Below, piece by piece: positions 30,941 through 40,156 of a stretch of 64,000 nucleotides of DNA. The notes beneath the pieces are model-generated. The model saw only the letters and a list, made by a program, of their open reading frames with translations. It did not search any database and was not told where the DNA came from. Position 1 is the first letter of the stretch; each line of letters starts with the position of its first letter. Made by a program: the position numbers and the translations under genes. This DNA is from Candidatus Eremiobacteria bacterium (GTDB lineage Bacteria > Vulcanimicrobiota > Vulcanimicrobiia > Vulcanimicrobiales > Vulcanimicrobiaceae), in NCBI GenBank assembly GCA_963737065.1, contig CAVTRC010000001.1, forward strand, positions 1,248,001-1,312,000, in the 5' to 3' direction.

Positions 30941-31705
30941 ATGATCGACAGCCACGCGCACATTCATGGTGACTCGTTTGCTGACGATCGTGCGGCGGTC
31001 GTTTCGCGCGCCAAAGAGGCGGGCGTTTCGCAGATCGTTACGGTGGGGTGCGATGTAGCTGACTCGCATCTCGCGCTCGATGTCGCGCGCGAGTTTGCGG
31101 TGTTTGCGTCGGCCGGTATTCATCCGCATGAGGCGAAAGATGCGCCGCCGGACATCGCCGCGGCGTTCCATCCGTTGCTCGCGGACCGCCGGGTGGTCGC
31201 CGTTGGCGAAACGGGGCTTGATTACTACTACGATCACAGTCCGCGCGACCGGCAGCAGCAGGTCTTACGCGAACAGATTCGCGTTGCCCGCGACGCCGGG
31301 CTTCCCGTTATCTTTCACCACCGCGACGCGTACGACGACTTCGTTTCGATACTGCGCGAAGAATGGACGACCGGCATGCGCGGCGTGGTTCATTGCTTCA
31401 CCGGCGACGTGCAACAGGCGCAGACCTATGTGAATGAATTTGGACTATCGCTCGGTATCGGCGGTGTGCTGACGTTCAATTCCGCGCACGCGGTGCGCGA
31501 AGCGGTACGAAGCGTCGGAATTGCGCCGCTGGTTTTGGAAACCGACTGTCCGTATCTCACGCCGGTACCGCATCGCGGCAAAAGAAACGAACCGATGTTC
31601 ATCCCCCTGGTCGCTCAGAAAATCGCGGAGATCCTCGACATGGACGTCGGCGCCGTTTCCCGGCTTACAGACGAAACGGCGCGCACATTGTTCAACCTCG
31701 CATAG
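30941..31705 (+). CDS. tatD: TatD-family DNase
   Basis: 'IDSHAH', 'GIHPH', 'VGETGLDY', 'HCFTG', 'ETDCPYL'. Confidence 0.95.
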   Translation: MIDSHAHIHGDSFADDRAAVVSRAKEAGVSQIVTVGCDVADSHLALDVAREFAVFASAGIHPHEAKDAPPDIAAAFHPLLADRRVVAVGETGLDYYYDHSPRDRQQQVLREQIRVARDAGLPVIFHHRDAYDDFVSILREEWTTGMRGVVHCFTGDVQQAQTYVNEFGLSLGIGGVLTFNSAHAVREAVRSVGIAPLVLETDCPYLTPVPHRGKRNEPMFIPLVAQKIAEILDMDVGAVSRLTDETARTLFNLA

Positions 31706-32570
31706 CGGGAACCGACGCGGACCAACGCGAGTCGAAGGCGTCGCGTAGATGCGCGAGTATCGCCGTGTCGTCGGTGCGCATGCCCCAATCGAGCTGATCG
31801 GGATGGTCGAACGCGGCGGTCGCGTTGGTCGAACCCAGCCATCCGCGCGCTTCGCCGACGACGGCGAGCTTTTCGTCGGCTTCGCAAACGGCCACTTGTG
31901 CTCCGTCGTGGACGAGACGATCGATTGCGCTTTTTTCGTTTGCATTTCCGTCCAATTCGCGATCTGCTACGAGGACACTCACGTGCGCTCCACGTTTCGC
32001 CGCTGCATCGAGAGCCGTGTAGACGCGGTTGGCTCCACCGAACGATTCGCTCTCGACAATAACGTCGTCACCGCGTTGCGCCTCATTGATGAGCCGAGCT
32101 TCGGACGAGAGAGCATCGCGCTTGCGGACCGAAAAGAACGGCGTCGCGCGCTCTTCGATGCCCGATACCGCATCACGGACCATTTGAGCATCGCGTTGGA
32201 AATCGTCGCGTACGATTGTGTCGCCGCCGTCGTCGGGCCAATTGCGATCGTCGAGGAAGAGCGCATCGTCGACGACCGCGCCTTTGAGATGAAGCATCGG
32301 ATCGGATGCGTTGGCCGAACGATGAACGAATCGCGCGTCAGCGCCCGCGTTGCGTAATCGGGCTAGCGCGTCGGCGTTCGCTTTTCCGACGTTGCCGTCA
32401 TCCTTATAAATGTAGCCTTCGAGGCGAACGCGCACGCGGGCGCCGTGCTTTGCAGCATCGGTCAGCGCATCGAGCACGGAGCCGCGCGGCAATGTATAGG
32501 CGGTAAGCGAGACATCATGCGCGCGCTGCAGCGCCGCAACAAGTTCACCCGTTGAACTAAGTGCAATCAT
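31692..32570 (-). CDS. Phospholipase D-superfamily protein
   Basis: HKD motif 'HLKGAVVDD'; second, degenerate repeat 'EKLAVVG...GSTN'. Confidence 0.75.
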   Translation of the reverse strand: MIALSSTGELVAALQRAHDVSLTAYTLPRGSVLDALTDAAKHGARVRVRLEGYIYKDDGNVGKANADALARLRNAGADARFVHRSANASDPMLHLKGAVVDDALFLDDRNWPDDGGDTIVRDDFQRDAQMVRDAVSGIEERATPFFSVRKRDALSSEARLINEAQRGDDVIVESESFGGANRVYTALDAAAKRGAHVSVLVADRELDGNANEKSAIDRLVHDGAQVAVCEADEKLAVVGEARGWLGSTNATAAFDHPDQLDWGMRTDDTAILAHLRDAFDSRWSASVPAMRG

Positions 32571-32630
32571 CGCGCGTACTATCCCGACAAAGGGCGGGCA
32601 CAGCAAGGGCGTGAAAGAGCGAAAATTCCT

Positions 32631-33356
32631 ATGGCAATGAAGCCCGTCTCGTCCCCGGCCGGTGACAAAGGCGCGTTCGTGCGCGAAATGTTTGCGCGCA
32701 TTGCGCCGCGCTACGACGCCGCGAATCGTGTTCTGACCGGCGGTATGGACGAGCGCTGGCGCAAGCGCGCGATTGCTTTACTCGCCGCGCCTCGCGCCGG
32801 CCGCGTGGTCGATCTATGCTGCGGCACCGGGGACGTCGTCTTTCATCTGCTGCGTACGGATCCGACGTTGCGCGTCGACGCCGTGGATTTTTGCGCGCCG
32901 ATGCTGCAATGCGCGCGCGAGCGCGCCGTGAAGGAAGCTCGCGGCAACGCACGCTTTGTCGAAGGCGACGTGATGTCGCTTCCGTTTGATGACGACACCT
33001 TCGACGGGGCGACGATGGGCTTTAGCATGCGCAATGTCGTCAGTATCGATGACGTTCTTCGCGAAACGCTGCGCGTGTTGCGTCCCGGCGCGCGCTTCGT
33101 CAACCTGGATGTCAGCAAAGCCTCGAACCGATTTTGGAAGCGCGCGTTCGATGTCTATTTTTACGGCATCGTCCCGCTCATCGGCGGCATCGTCGGCGGA
33201 TCGAAACAGGCGTATTCATATCTTCCCAACTCGCTCACGCATCATCCGGACGCGGAACATTTGCGCGAGCGTTTCACGCGCGCCGGCTTTGCGAATGCGG
33301 GATTCGTTCGGCTAATGGGTGGTTCGATTGCGATACACTACGGAACGAAGCGCTAA
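32631..33356 (+). CDS. menG: Demethylmenaquinone methyltransferase
   Basis: 'MFARIAPRYD', 'DLCCGTGD', 'FSMRNV', 'RVLRPG', 'YSYLPNS'. Confidence 0.93.
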   Translation: MAMKPVSSPAGDKGAFVREMFARIAPRYDAANRVLTGGMDERWRKRAIALLAAPRAGRVVDLCCGTGDVVFHLLRTDPTLRVDAVDFCAPMLQCARERAVKEARGNARFVEGDVMSLPFDDDTFDGATMGFSMRNVVSIDDVLRETLRVLRPGARFVNLDVSKASNRFWKRAFDVYFYGIVPLIGGIVGGSKQAYSYLPNSLTHHPDAEHLRERFTRAGFANAGFVRLMGGSIAIHYGTKR

Positions 33357-33357
33357 C

Positions 33358-34312
33358 GTGCAGGCGTCAGAGGACCGCGAACCCGCGATGTACCATCTCG
33401 TGGAGTCGTTTTTCCGCTCCACGTTCTCGACCGACAATCCGCTCATCACCGAGGCGGTAAAGCGCATGCTGGCAGCGGGCGGCAAACGATTGCGCCCGCG
33501 CGTCACGCTGCTCGCGGCGTCCGCGTGCGGCGGTGATCCGCTCGAGCACTTGCATCTGGCGGCCTATATGGAACTCATTCACGTCGCCACGCTGATTCAC
33601 GACGATGTGGTCGATAACGCGCAGACACGTCGCGGCGTCAATGCGACGGCGATCGATTATGGTAACCGCGTGAGCGTTCTCGCGGGCGACTACCTCTTTG
33701 CATGGATCTTCAAGAACGTGACCGCCGGCTATCGCCATCCGATTCCGAACATTCTTGTCTGCAACGCTCGCCGACATTTGCGACGGCGAGGTACTGCAAT
33801 TGCGCGGTCTCGGCGACCTGGATCTCCCGCTCGGCGCGTACATCGATATAGCGCGTAAGAAAACCGCATCGCTCTTTGCGGCGTCGGCGCAATGCGGCGC
33901 GATCATGGGTGGCGGCTCCGAGCACGAGATCGCGGCGCTCCTCGAATTCGGTGAAGCGTATGGCATCGCGTTCCAGATGAATGACGATCTGCTCGATATG
34001 ACGGCCGACGAACGCTCGCTCGGGAAGCCGGTCGGAAACGATCTGACCGAACGGAAAATGACAATTCCGTTAGTTCTCGCGTTGCAGAACGGGAATGACC
34101 GCTTTCGCGACCGCGTCGCGCGTTTATATTCAGGAAGCAGCCACGACGGAATCCCCGGCGTTATTGCGGGCATCGCGGCCGAAGGCGGCCTCGAGCGAAC
34201 GCGCAAGGAAATCGCGTCGTTCGTTGCGCGGGCAAAGTCCTCGCTGGAGCCTTTGCCTTCCGGTCCGGCGAAGGAAGAATTGACGAAGCTAGCCGACGCG
34301 CTCGCCGGTTAG
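33358..34312 (+). CDS. Polyprenyl (heptaprenyl-like) diphosphate synthase, split by a +1 frameshift near 33755
   Basis: 'GGKRLRP', 'LIHDDVVD..RRG' in the first frame; 'KTASLF', 'FQMNDDLLD', 'GKPVGNDL' in the second frame. Confidence 0.9.
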
Positions 34313-34328
34313 CGTAAAGGAGAATACG

Positions 34329-34628
34329 ATGATTTACCCCGTGCTGGCGTTCATCGACGCGCCGATCATCATCGGCATCGTCGCCGTGGCCGCTCTGCTC
34401 TTCGGTGCGGACAAGCTGCCCAAGCTCGCACGCAGCGCAGGACAAGCGAAAAAAGAATTCATGATGGGTCAAATCGAGGCGGACGAGGCCACGAATCGAG
34501 CCCGCGAAGAGATGCGCTCGCGTACAGCGACAGAGAAATCGGATGTGATGAACAACGTCGAAATCGGCAACGCCGCGGGCGAACCCATTCCTCCGCCCAG
34601 CCCCGGCCACGGGACGCAAAGCTCCTAG
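34329..34628 (+). CDS. tatA: Twin-arginine translocase TatA
   Basis: 'LLFGADKLPKLARSAGQAKKEF'. Confidence 0.93.
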   Translation: MIYPVLAFIDAPIIIGIVAVAALLFGADKLPKLARSAGQAKKEFMMGQIEADEATNRAREEMRSRTATEKSDVMNNVEIGNAAGEPIPPPSPGHGTQSS

Positions 34629-34642
34629 GATAACATTCGCGC

Positions 34643-35431
34643 GTGGCACTACGGCTCGATCCGCGCAGCGGGACCAACGTTGGAGATTCATCGCAAAGCG
34701 ATGAACCGGCGTGGGATCAGAAGGAGATGCCGTTCACGGAGCACCTGCGGGAGCTCCGTACGCGTTTATTGGTTTCGCTCGGAACCGTCGGCGCAATCGC
34801 CGTCTTGCTCTTCTGGCCGTCGAAGTTTGCGATCCAATGGATGCAAGCGCAGTATCTGCACGGCACGCCGCTCAACGCGTTCGGCCTGGCCGACGTCTTG
34901 TTCACCGAGTTCAAGTTCTCCGTAATCGGCGGCGTCGTGATCGGTTTGCCGATGCTCTTCTACCAGGCGTGGATGTTCGTCGTACCGGCGATTCATCCGC
35001 GGACGCGGCGGATGGTCTACTCCTTCATCGTGCCGTCGATGCTCCTCGCGTTTGGAGGCCTTGCGTTTGCGCACTTCATCGTGATCCCGCGCGTGGTCAA
35101 TGCACTGATCAACATGACGAAAGAGATCGCGACGCCGACGTTCGGCGTCGGTCAAACGCTCGGATTTATTCTGATTCTTTTCGGCCTTTTCGCACTGATC
35201 TTCCAACTGCCCATCGTGCTGGTCGGACTTGCCCGTTTAGGAATCGTTAATGGACGTTGGCTATCGAAGTACCGTCGCCATGCGCTCTTCGCGATGGTTG
35301 TAGCAGGCGGTATCGCCGCGCCGGACGGCAATCCGATCACGATGGCGCTGCTCGCGCTTCCGATGTACGTGCTTTACGAAATCTCTATCTGGATCATTCT
35401 CTTCTTTGAACGCTCGTGGCAACAAAAGTAA
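34643..35431 (+). CDS. tatC: Twin-arginine translocase TatC
   Basis: 'MPFTEHLRELRTRL', 'YQAWMFVVP', 'FQLP', 'APDG...PMYVLYEISI'. Confidence 0.95.
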   Translation: MALRLDPRSGTNVGDSSQSDEPAWDQKEMPFTEHLRELRTRLLVSLGTVGAIAVLLFWPSKFAIQWMQAQYLHGTPLNAFGLADVLFTEFKFSVIGGVVIGLPMLFYQAWMFVVPAIHPRTRRMVYSFIVPSMLLAFGGLAFAHFIVIPRVVNALINMTKEIATPTFGVGQTLGFILILFGLFALIFQLPIVLVGLARLGIVNGRWLSKYRRHALFAMVVAGGIAAPDGNPITMALLALPMYVLYEISIWIILFFERSWQQK

Positions 35432-36802
35432 TCGCGCTCTACGATGACTTCACCCGCACGTTCGGCAACGTGCTCTTTGCCGTATTGCTGTTCGTCGTTT
35501 GGGGCATTCTCACGTTGATCGGTGTGATCGTCGATCAAGGCAAAGATCCGACCACGTACTTCAATACGTATCCGGCGGCACTCGCTCGCGCGATTTTACG
35601 CCTCGGTTTTGATAACATCTACCACTCGCCATGGTACGTGGGGATCGTCGGACTCATCCTGATTTCGCTCGCCGTCTGCACGTTCAAACGCGTCATTCCC
35701 GCGCGGTTGCCGCCGTTGCGCCCCGTGAAGATCGACAAGATTCCGCTCAACGGATCAATCGTGGTTCGTGGCGACGAGACGAACGTACGCGCCCGCGTCG
35801 AGTCGTTCTTTCGTTCGCGCGGCTGGAACGTACGCAAGCGCGAATTCGGCGGAACGGAGTGGAGTTTTGCCGACAAGCACAACTGGGCACGGCGCGGAGT
35901 TTTGATTGCGCACCTCGGATTCACGATTATCGCGGCCGGCACGACGGTCTACTGGGCGCGCGGATTCTCCGGCGAAGCCGCCGTCGTTACCGGCGAAACC
36001 GTGCGCATTGCGAAGACGAATGCGATTCTCACCCTTAACTCGTTCCGCTATAAGATCACGCCGATTCTCACAAAGAGCGGCATGGTCTATCAGCCGACCG
36101 ACTACGTTTCGAACGTCACGGTCACGGGACGTGACGGCGTGCCGAAGCACATGGTAGTGCGCGTCAATCACCCGATCGACGTCGACGGCACGTTGTACTA
36201 TCAGGCGAGTTACGGCTTTGCGATGACGATGCGCTTCACGCACGAGGGCGTCAACGTTCCGTCGCTCTCGGACCACGTGTTCAAAGAAGGCGACGCATTC
36301 AACATTCCGGGCACGCGCAACACGTTGCTCTACGACCGCTTCGTGCCAACGGTCGACAAGCAGAGCGGCATGCCTGCCGCCGATCCGCGCGTGAACGATC
36401 CCGCGGTTATTCTGAGCGTCCAGCAGAGCGGCGAAACGGCCGGCTCGGCGCTCGTCCCCCTGCACACCTCGATCGATCTGGGCAACGGCTGGCGCGTCAC
36501 GCCGGAGCGCTACATCTTGTATAGCGGGTTTCAGTACCGGTACGACCCCGGTATCCCGCTTGGTCGGAATCGGTGCGCTCGTCTTGCTCGCCGGACTTAT
36601 TACGTCGTTCTACTTCCTGCCCGCGCGTCTCTACGTCCGCGTCGACCCCTCGGGAGCCGGTTGTACCGTTGGCGTAGCTGCGACGACCGTGAAGGGGTAC
36701 GATATTTTCGCAGGACAGTTCCAAGCGCTTCTGCACGACTTGCAGAATACGATGGAGCCGCCCGGGACCAATCCTCACTTGCAAGCAGCGGAGGCCTACT
36801 GA
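35416..36802 (+). CDS. resB: Cytochrome c biogenesis protein ResB/Ccs1, +1 frameshift near 36560
   Basis: 'IYHSPWY', 'IAHLG', 'VNHPIDVDG..YYQASY', 'RYDPG' followed by TM 'VGIGALVLLAGLITSFY' in the next frame. Confidence 0.88.
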
Positions 36803-36806
36803 CGAA

Positions 36807-37814
36807 GTGACCGGACATTTGCAAGCCGACGAACTGCTCATGATCGTCGCGATCGCAAGTTACGTGGTAGGCGGTATCGCGCTGCTTATCTATTTCTTCT
36901 CGCGCGAAGCGTGGTTACGTAATCTCGGCGCGCCGCTCGCGATCGTCGGATGCGTCGCGCAATTTGCGCAGCTGGTCGTGCGCTTCGAACTCACCGGCAT
37001 TTGGCCGCTGCTCAATCTCTACGGGTCGCTTTCGCTCTTCGCGGCGATGTCGGTCGCGATCTTCATCGGTTTTGCCATCCGCTACAAGCTGTGGTTCGCC
37101 GGCGGATTCGTGCTTGCAATCGCGGCGATCTTTCTTGCGTACGGGGTGACGTGGAATGAAGGCACGATGCCGCCCGTTCCGTCACTGCAGTCGTACTGGG
37201 CGAAAATTCACGTGCCGATCGTCGTGTCGTCGTACGCGGCGTTTCTCGTCGCCTTCGTCTTCTCGTGCATATATTTGATCAAGTACTACGCCGAACAGAA
37301 GATCGGTGAGAAGAGCGTTATCGCCTCCGCAGTATCCGATATCGGAAATATTGCGGTACGCACGACGTTCCAGTATCAGGCAGCCGCTGCTGCCGTTCGG
37401 GATGCCGGACTCGCGCGTGCCACCGCGCTATCGGGCGCCACGCCGCAAGTCGCCGCTGCGGCCGCCGCCGGAAACCCGCTCGCGCAATGGCTCGAAACAT
37501 TGCCGTCGCTCGCGCAACTCGACGTCATTGTGTATCGCGCGGTCGCAATCGGTCTGCCCTTGATCTCGCTCGGGATCATCACCGGCGCGGCGTGGGCAAA
37601 AGAAGCGTGGGGCGCGTATTGGCAGTGGGATCCAAAAGAAACCGCCGCTCTCTGTACGTGGATCATCTATCTCGCGTACATGCATCTGCACACGCGCAAC
37701 GCATGGCGCGGATTACGCACGAATTGGGTGAGCGTCGGCGGATTCGTGCTCGTGATCTTCACCTACCTCGGCGTCAACATCTGGATAAGCGGTTTGCACA
37801 GTTACAAAATGTAG
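36807..37814 (+). CDS. ccsA: Cytochrome c biogenesis heme lyase CcsA/ResC
   Basis: 'LQSYWAKIHV', WWD domain 'WAKEAWGAYWQWDPKET', 'GLHSY'. Confidence 0.95.
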   Translation: MTGHLQADELLMIVAIASYVVGGIALLIYFFSREAWLRNLGAPLAIVGCVAQFAQLVVRFELTGIWPLLNLYGSLSLFAAMSVAIFIGFAIRYKLWFAGGFVLAIAAIFLAYGVTWNEGTMPPVPSLQSYWAKIHVPIVVSSYAAFLVAFVFSCIYLIKYYAEQKIGEKSVIASAVSDIGNIAVRTTFQYQAAAAAVRDAGLARATALSGATPQVAAAAAAGNPLAQWLETLPSLAQLDVIVYRAVAIGLPLISLGIITGAAWAKEAWGAYWQWDPKETAALCTWIIYLAYMHLHTRNAWRGLRTNWVSVGGFVLVIFTYLGVNIWISGLHSYKM

Positions 37815-38235
37815 CGCCCGGCTGCGTCTCGGTGCTGGATGACAACGGCTGGGGCTTTGGCTGACGCACCACGTTACGTTCCTCGGTGACGGCGGCGGCA
37901 AGATCGGGGCGTCAACGCCGCCAGTTGATAAGTTGCAACGCCGCGCTGATGAAATGCGTCTGCCGTTATGAGCCTGAGGCCGCGTGGCAGAATCAGCGTT
38001 GGGCCTTTCGTTGTGAGCGGCGCATTGACGGGACACGCGGTGTGCAAGCGCGAGGAGAGCCACGCACGATGAGGATGCTGATGCGGTCGGGACCGTTCGA
38101 ACACGAAAACGCTCGAGATTCCCAATGTATATTTCATAGTCTCAGGTCGCCAAATGTAGACACTTCTTTTAAGGTGCCTACTGGAGTTGACCCGCTTCCG
38201 TGGAGACTTTCAATCTTACAGAGAAAGGTCTCCAT

Positions 38236-38547
38236 ATGGCAAAGCGCCCCACCTATCCGCCGGAATTCCGGCATAGGATCCTCGAGCTGGTCGGTTCCGG
38301 CCGCAGCGTGAACTCCGTCGCGGTCGAATTTCAAGTTGCTCGACAATCGATCGTGAACTGGCTGAAGCAAGACGACGTTGATACGGGCCGCCGCGACGGC
38401 GGTTTAACAACGGACGAACGCAAAGAACTTGCGGCACTGCGCCGTGAAAATAAGCGCTTAAAACTCGAAGCGGAAATCCTGTCAAAAGCCGCGGCCTGGT
38501 TCGCTCGGGAAACGCACGCGGTTCCGAGCAAATCTTCGGATTCATAA
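38236..38547 (+). CDS. IS3 transposase OrfA (HTH + leucine zipper)
   Basis: 'YPPEFR...SVAVEFQV...NWLKQ...LRRENKRLKLEAEILSKAAAWFA'. Confidence 0.93.
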   Translation: MAKRPTYPPEFRHRILELVGSGRSVNSVAVEFQVARQSIVNWLKQDDVDTGRRDGGLTTDERKELAALRRENKRLKLEAEILSKAAAWFARETHAVPSKSSDS

Positions 38548-38934
38548 AGGCGTACCAGGCCAACTATACGATTACGATGCTGTGTCATGTGCTCGACGTT
38601 TCCCCGAGCGGATACTACGCGTGGTGCAACCGATCGCCGTCGAAGCGCCGCCAAGACGACATCGTTCTCGGCGATCAGATCGATGCGTTCTATCGGAAGT
38701 CGTATGGTATTTACGGCCGTCCGCGCTTGCATGCGGATCTTCGCGAAGCCGGCATTCGGATCTCCGGAAAGCGCCTTGCGCGGTTGATGCGCGAACGCGG
38801 AATTGTCGGCGTTTCTCGGAGGAAATCCACAGTCACGACCATACGCGATCGGGATTCGCGTCCGGCGCCTGATCTCGTTGAGCGCAATTTCCAAGCCGAT
38901 GGGCCTGACCAGCTTTGGGTCGCTGACATTACGT
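38544..38934 (+). pseudogene. IS3 OrfB, 5' part (ends ...QLWVADIT)
   Basis: 'LCHVLDVSPSGYYAW', 'YGRPRLHADL', 'APDLVERNF...PDQLWVADIT'; start uncertain (ATA overlapping the orfA stop, or frameshift fusion). Confidence 0.9.
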
Positions 38935-38948
38935 TGTATCTTGGACCG

Positions 38949-39130
38949 ACGCGGCGAACAACCGTCGCGAGGTGGGGATAGCACGGATATTACGTGAGGC
39001 AGCAACAGCCTGAGATGTAGATGTCGCACCCCACTGCATTTTCAGCGCCGCAGGAGATCGGACGATAGCAAAGACGTTGCTCATCGAGCGAAGAGTCTGG
39101 ATTTACAAGGCTGATCCGCGGGTGGCGCGA
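38949..39130 (+). ncRNA. Predicted IS110 bridge RNA (5' hairpin + target-binding loop + donor-binding loop)
   Basis: Manual pairing gives three stem-loop modules; guides GATATTACGT and GATGTAG match the target, GACGATAGC and TACAAG match the circle junction; ends approximate. Confidence 0.85.
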
Positions 39131-39155
39131 TTTCGATTTGAAATGTGGAGGCGCT

Positions 39156-40139
39156 GTGAAATTCATCGGGATTGATGTCTCTCGTGATAAGCTCGACTGC
39201 GCGGTAGTCGACGACTGTGGAACCGTTATTCAACGATCGCGAGCATTTAAGAATAGCGCTGATGGCGTCGATGCGCTCCTGAAGTGGGTCGGAAAAATCG
39301 CCAGTAAGGGGCACGCGCGGTTTGTCATCGAGGCAACGGCAGCCTATCACGAGATGGCCTCACTGCGCCTTGCGAAGACCGGTGAATTCGTCGCAATCGT
39401 GAACCCATTTCACGTGCGTTCTTTAGCGCGCGGGCTAGCCATGCTCAGTAAGAGTGACGCGATTGATGCGCTCGTCCTTGCGCAATATGGGCGTCTTGCA
39501 AAGCTGCGCCGATGGGTACCGCCAGCTGCGCAGCTTGTTGATATTCAGGCTCTTTTGCTGCGGCTCGATGCGATTGAATCAGACCTCTTGCGTGAGCAGA
39601 ATCGTCGCGAGCAGGCTGCAGCCAGAGAATCCGCGACGCTTGTGATTGGCTCGATTGACGCGAGTATCAAATTCCTAAAGCGTCAGCGGAAAAGCATCGA
39701 ATTCGCGATCAGCAAATCGATTGAAACCGCTCCGGGTATCGCGGATGACGTCGAGCGCTTACGCTCGATCCCCGGCGTGGGCGAAAAGACAGCAAACCGC
39801 ATGGCGACCATGCTGCGTATGCACGACTTTAAGTCGGCGCGTGAAGTGGCCGCCTTCTGCGGCCTCGTTCCGGTCGAGCATAAATCCGGAACGAGCGTCT
39901 ATCGCAAGCCGCGACTCTCGAAGGCCGGCAACCCAAGAATGCGGGCGGCTCTATACATGGTTGCAGTCGTCGCCATGCGGTTGAACCCCGACGTCAAGGC
40001 GCTTTACGATCGACTCGTAGGACGCGGTAAAGCAAAAATGGCGGCTCTCGGTGCGTGCATGCGTAAGATCGTTCAGATATGTTTCGGCGTACTGAAGTCG
40101 GGAAAAACGTACGCCCCGCAGGCTGTTGTTAGAGCTTGA
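39156..40139 (+). CDS. IS110-family DEDD recombinase/transposase (327 aa, intact)
   Basis: RuvC-like DEDD 'IGIDVS', 'VIEAT', 'KSDAIDA'; 'SIPGVG'; 'GLVPVEHKSGTS' serine loop; 'SKAGNPRMRAALY'; GGAGG RBS before GTG. Confidence 0.96.
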   Translation: MKFIGIDVSRDKLDCAVVDDCGTVIQRSRAFKNSADGVDALLKWVGKIASKGHARFVIEATAAYHEMASLRLAKTGEFVAIVNPFHVRSLARGLAMLSKSDAIDALVLAQYGRLAKLRRWVPPAAQLVDIQALLLRLDAIESDLLREQNRREQAAARESATLVIGSIDASIKFLKRQRKSIEFAISKSIETAPGIADDVERLRSIPGVGEKTANRMATMLRMHDFKSAREVAAFCGLVPVEHKSGTSVYRKPRLSKAGNPRMRAALYMVAVVAMRLNPDVKALYDRLVGRGKAKMAALGACMRKIVQICFGVLKSGKTYAPQAVVRA

Positions 40140-40156
40140 CTTCCCAGACGATATCT

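Larger units (their letters stand above)
38935..40156 (+). mobile_element. IS110-family (IS621-like) element, 1,222 bp
   Basis: Removing it rejoins IS3 orfB exactly (GAC ATT ACG T|AT ATC = DITYI); no terminal IRs; about 220 bp 5' non-coding end, short 3' end. Confidence 0.95.

Noticed and set aside
37815..38100. tRNA or att site at the left edge of the accessory patch
   Set aside because: No cloverleaf or CCA end, and no matching direct repeat noticed at the right edge.
38520..38550. Programmed -1 frameshift site between IS3 orfA and orfB
   Set aside because: No A6G/A7-type slippery heptamer visible; the expression mode cannot be called.
38935..40156. IS1111-type organisation or group II intron
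   Set aside because: The non-coding region is 5' of the transposase, there are no sub-terminal IRs and no RT domain; it fits the IS621-like IS110 group.
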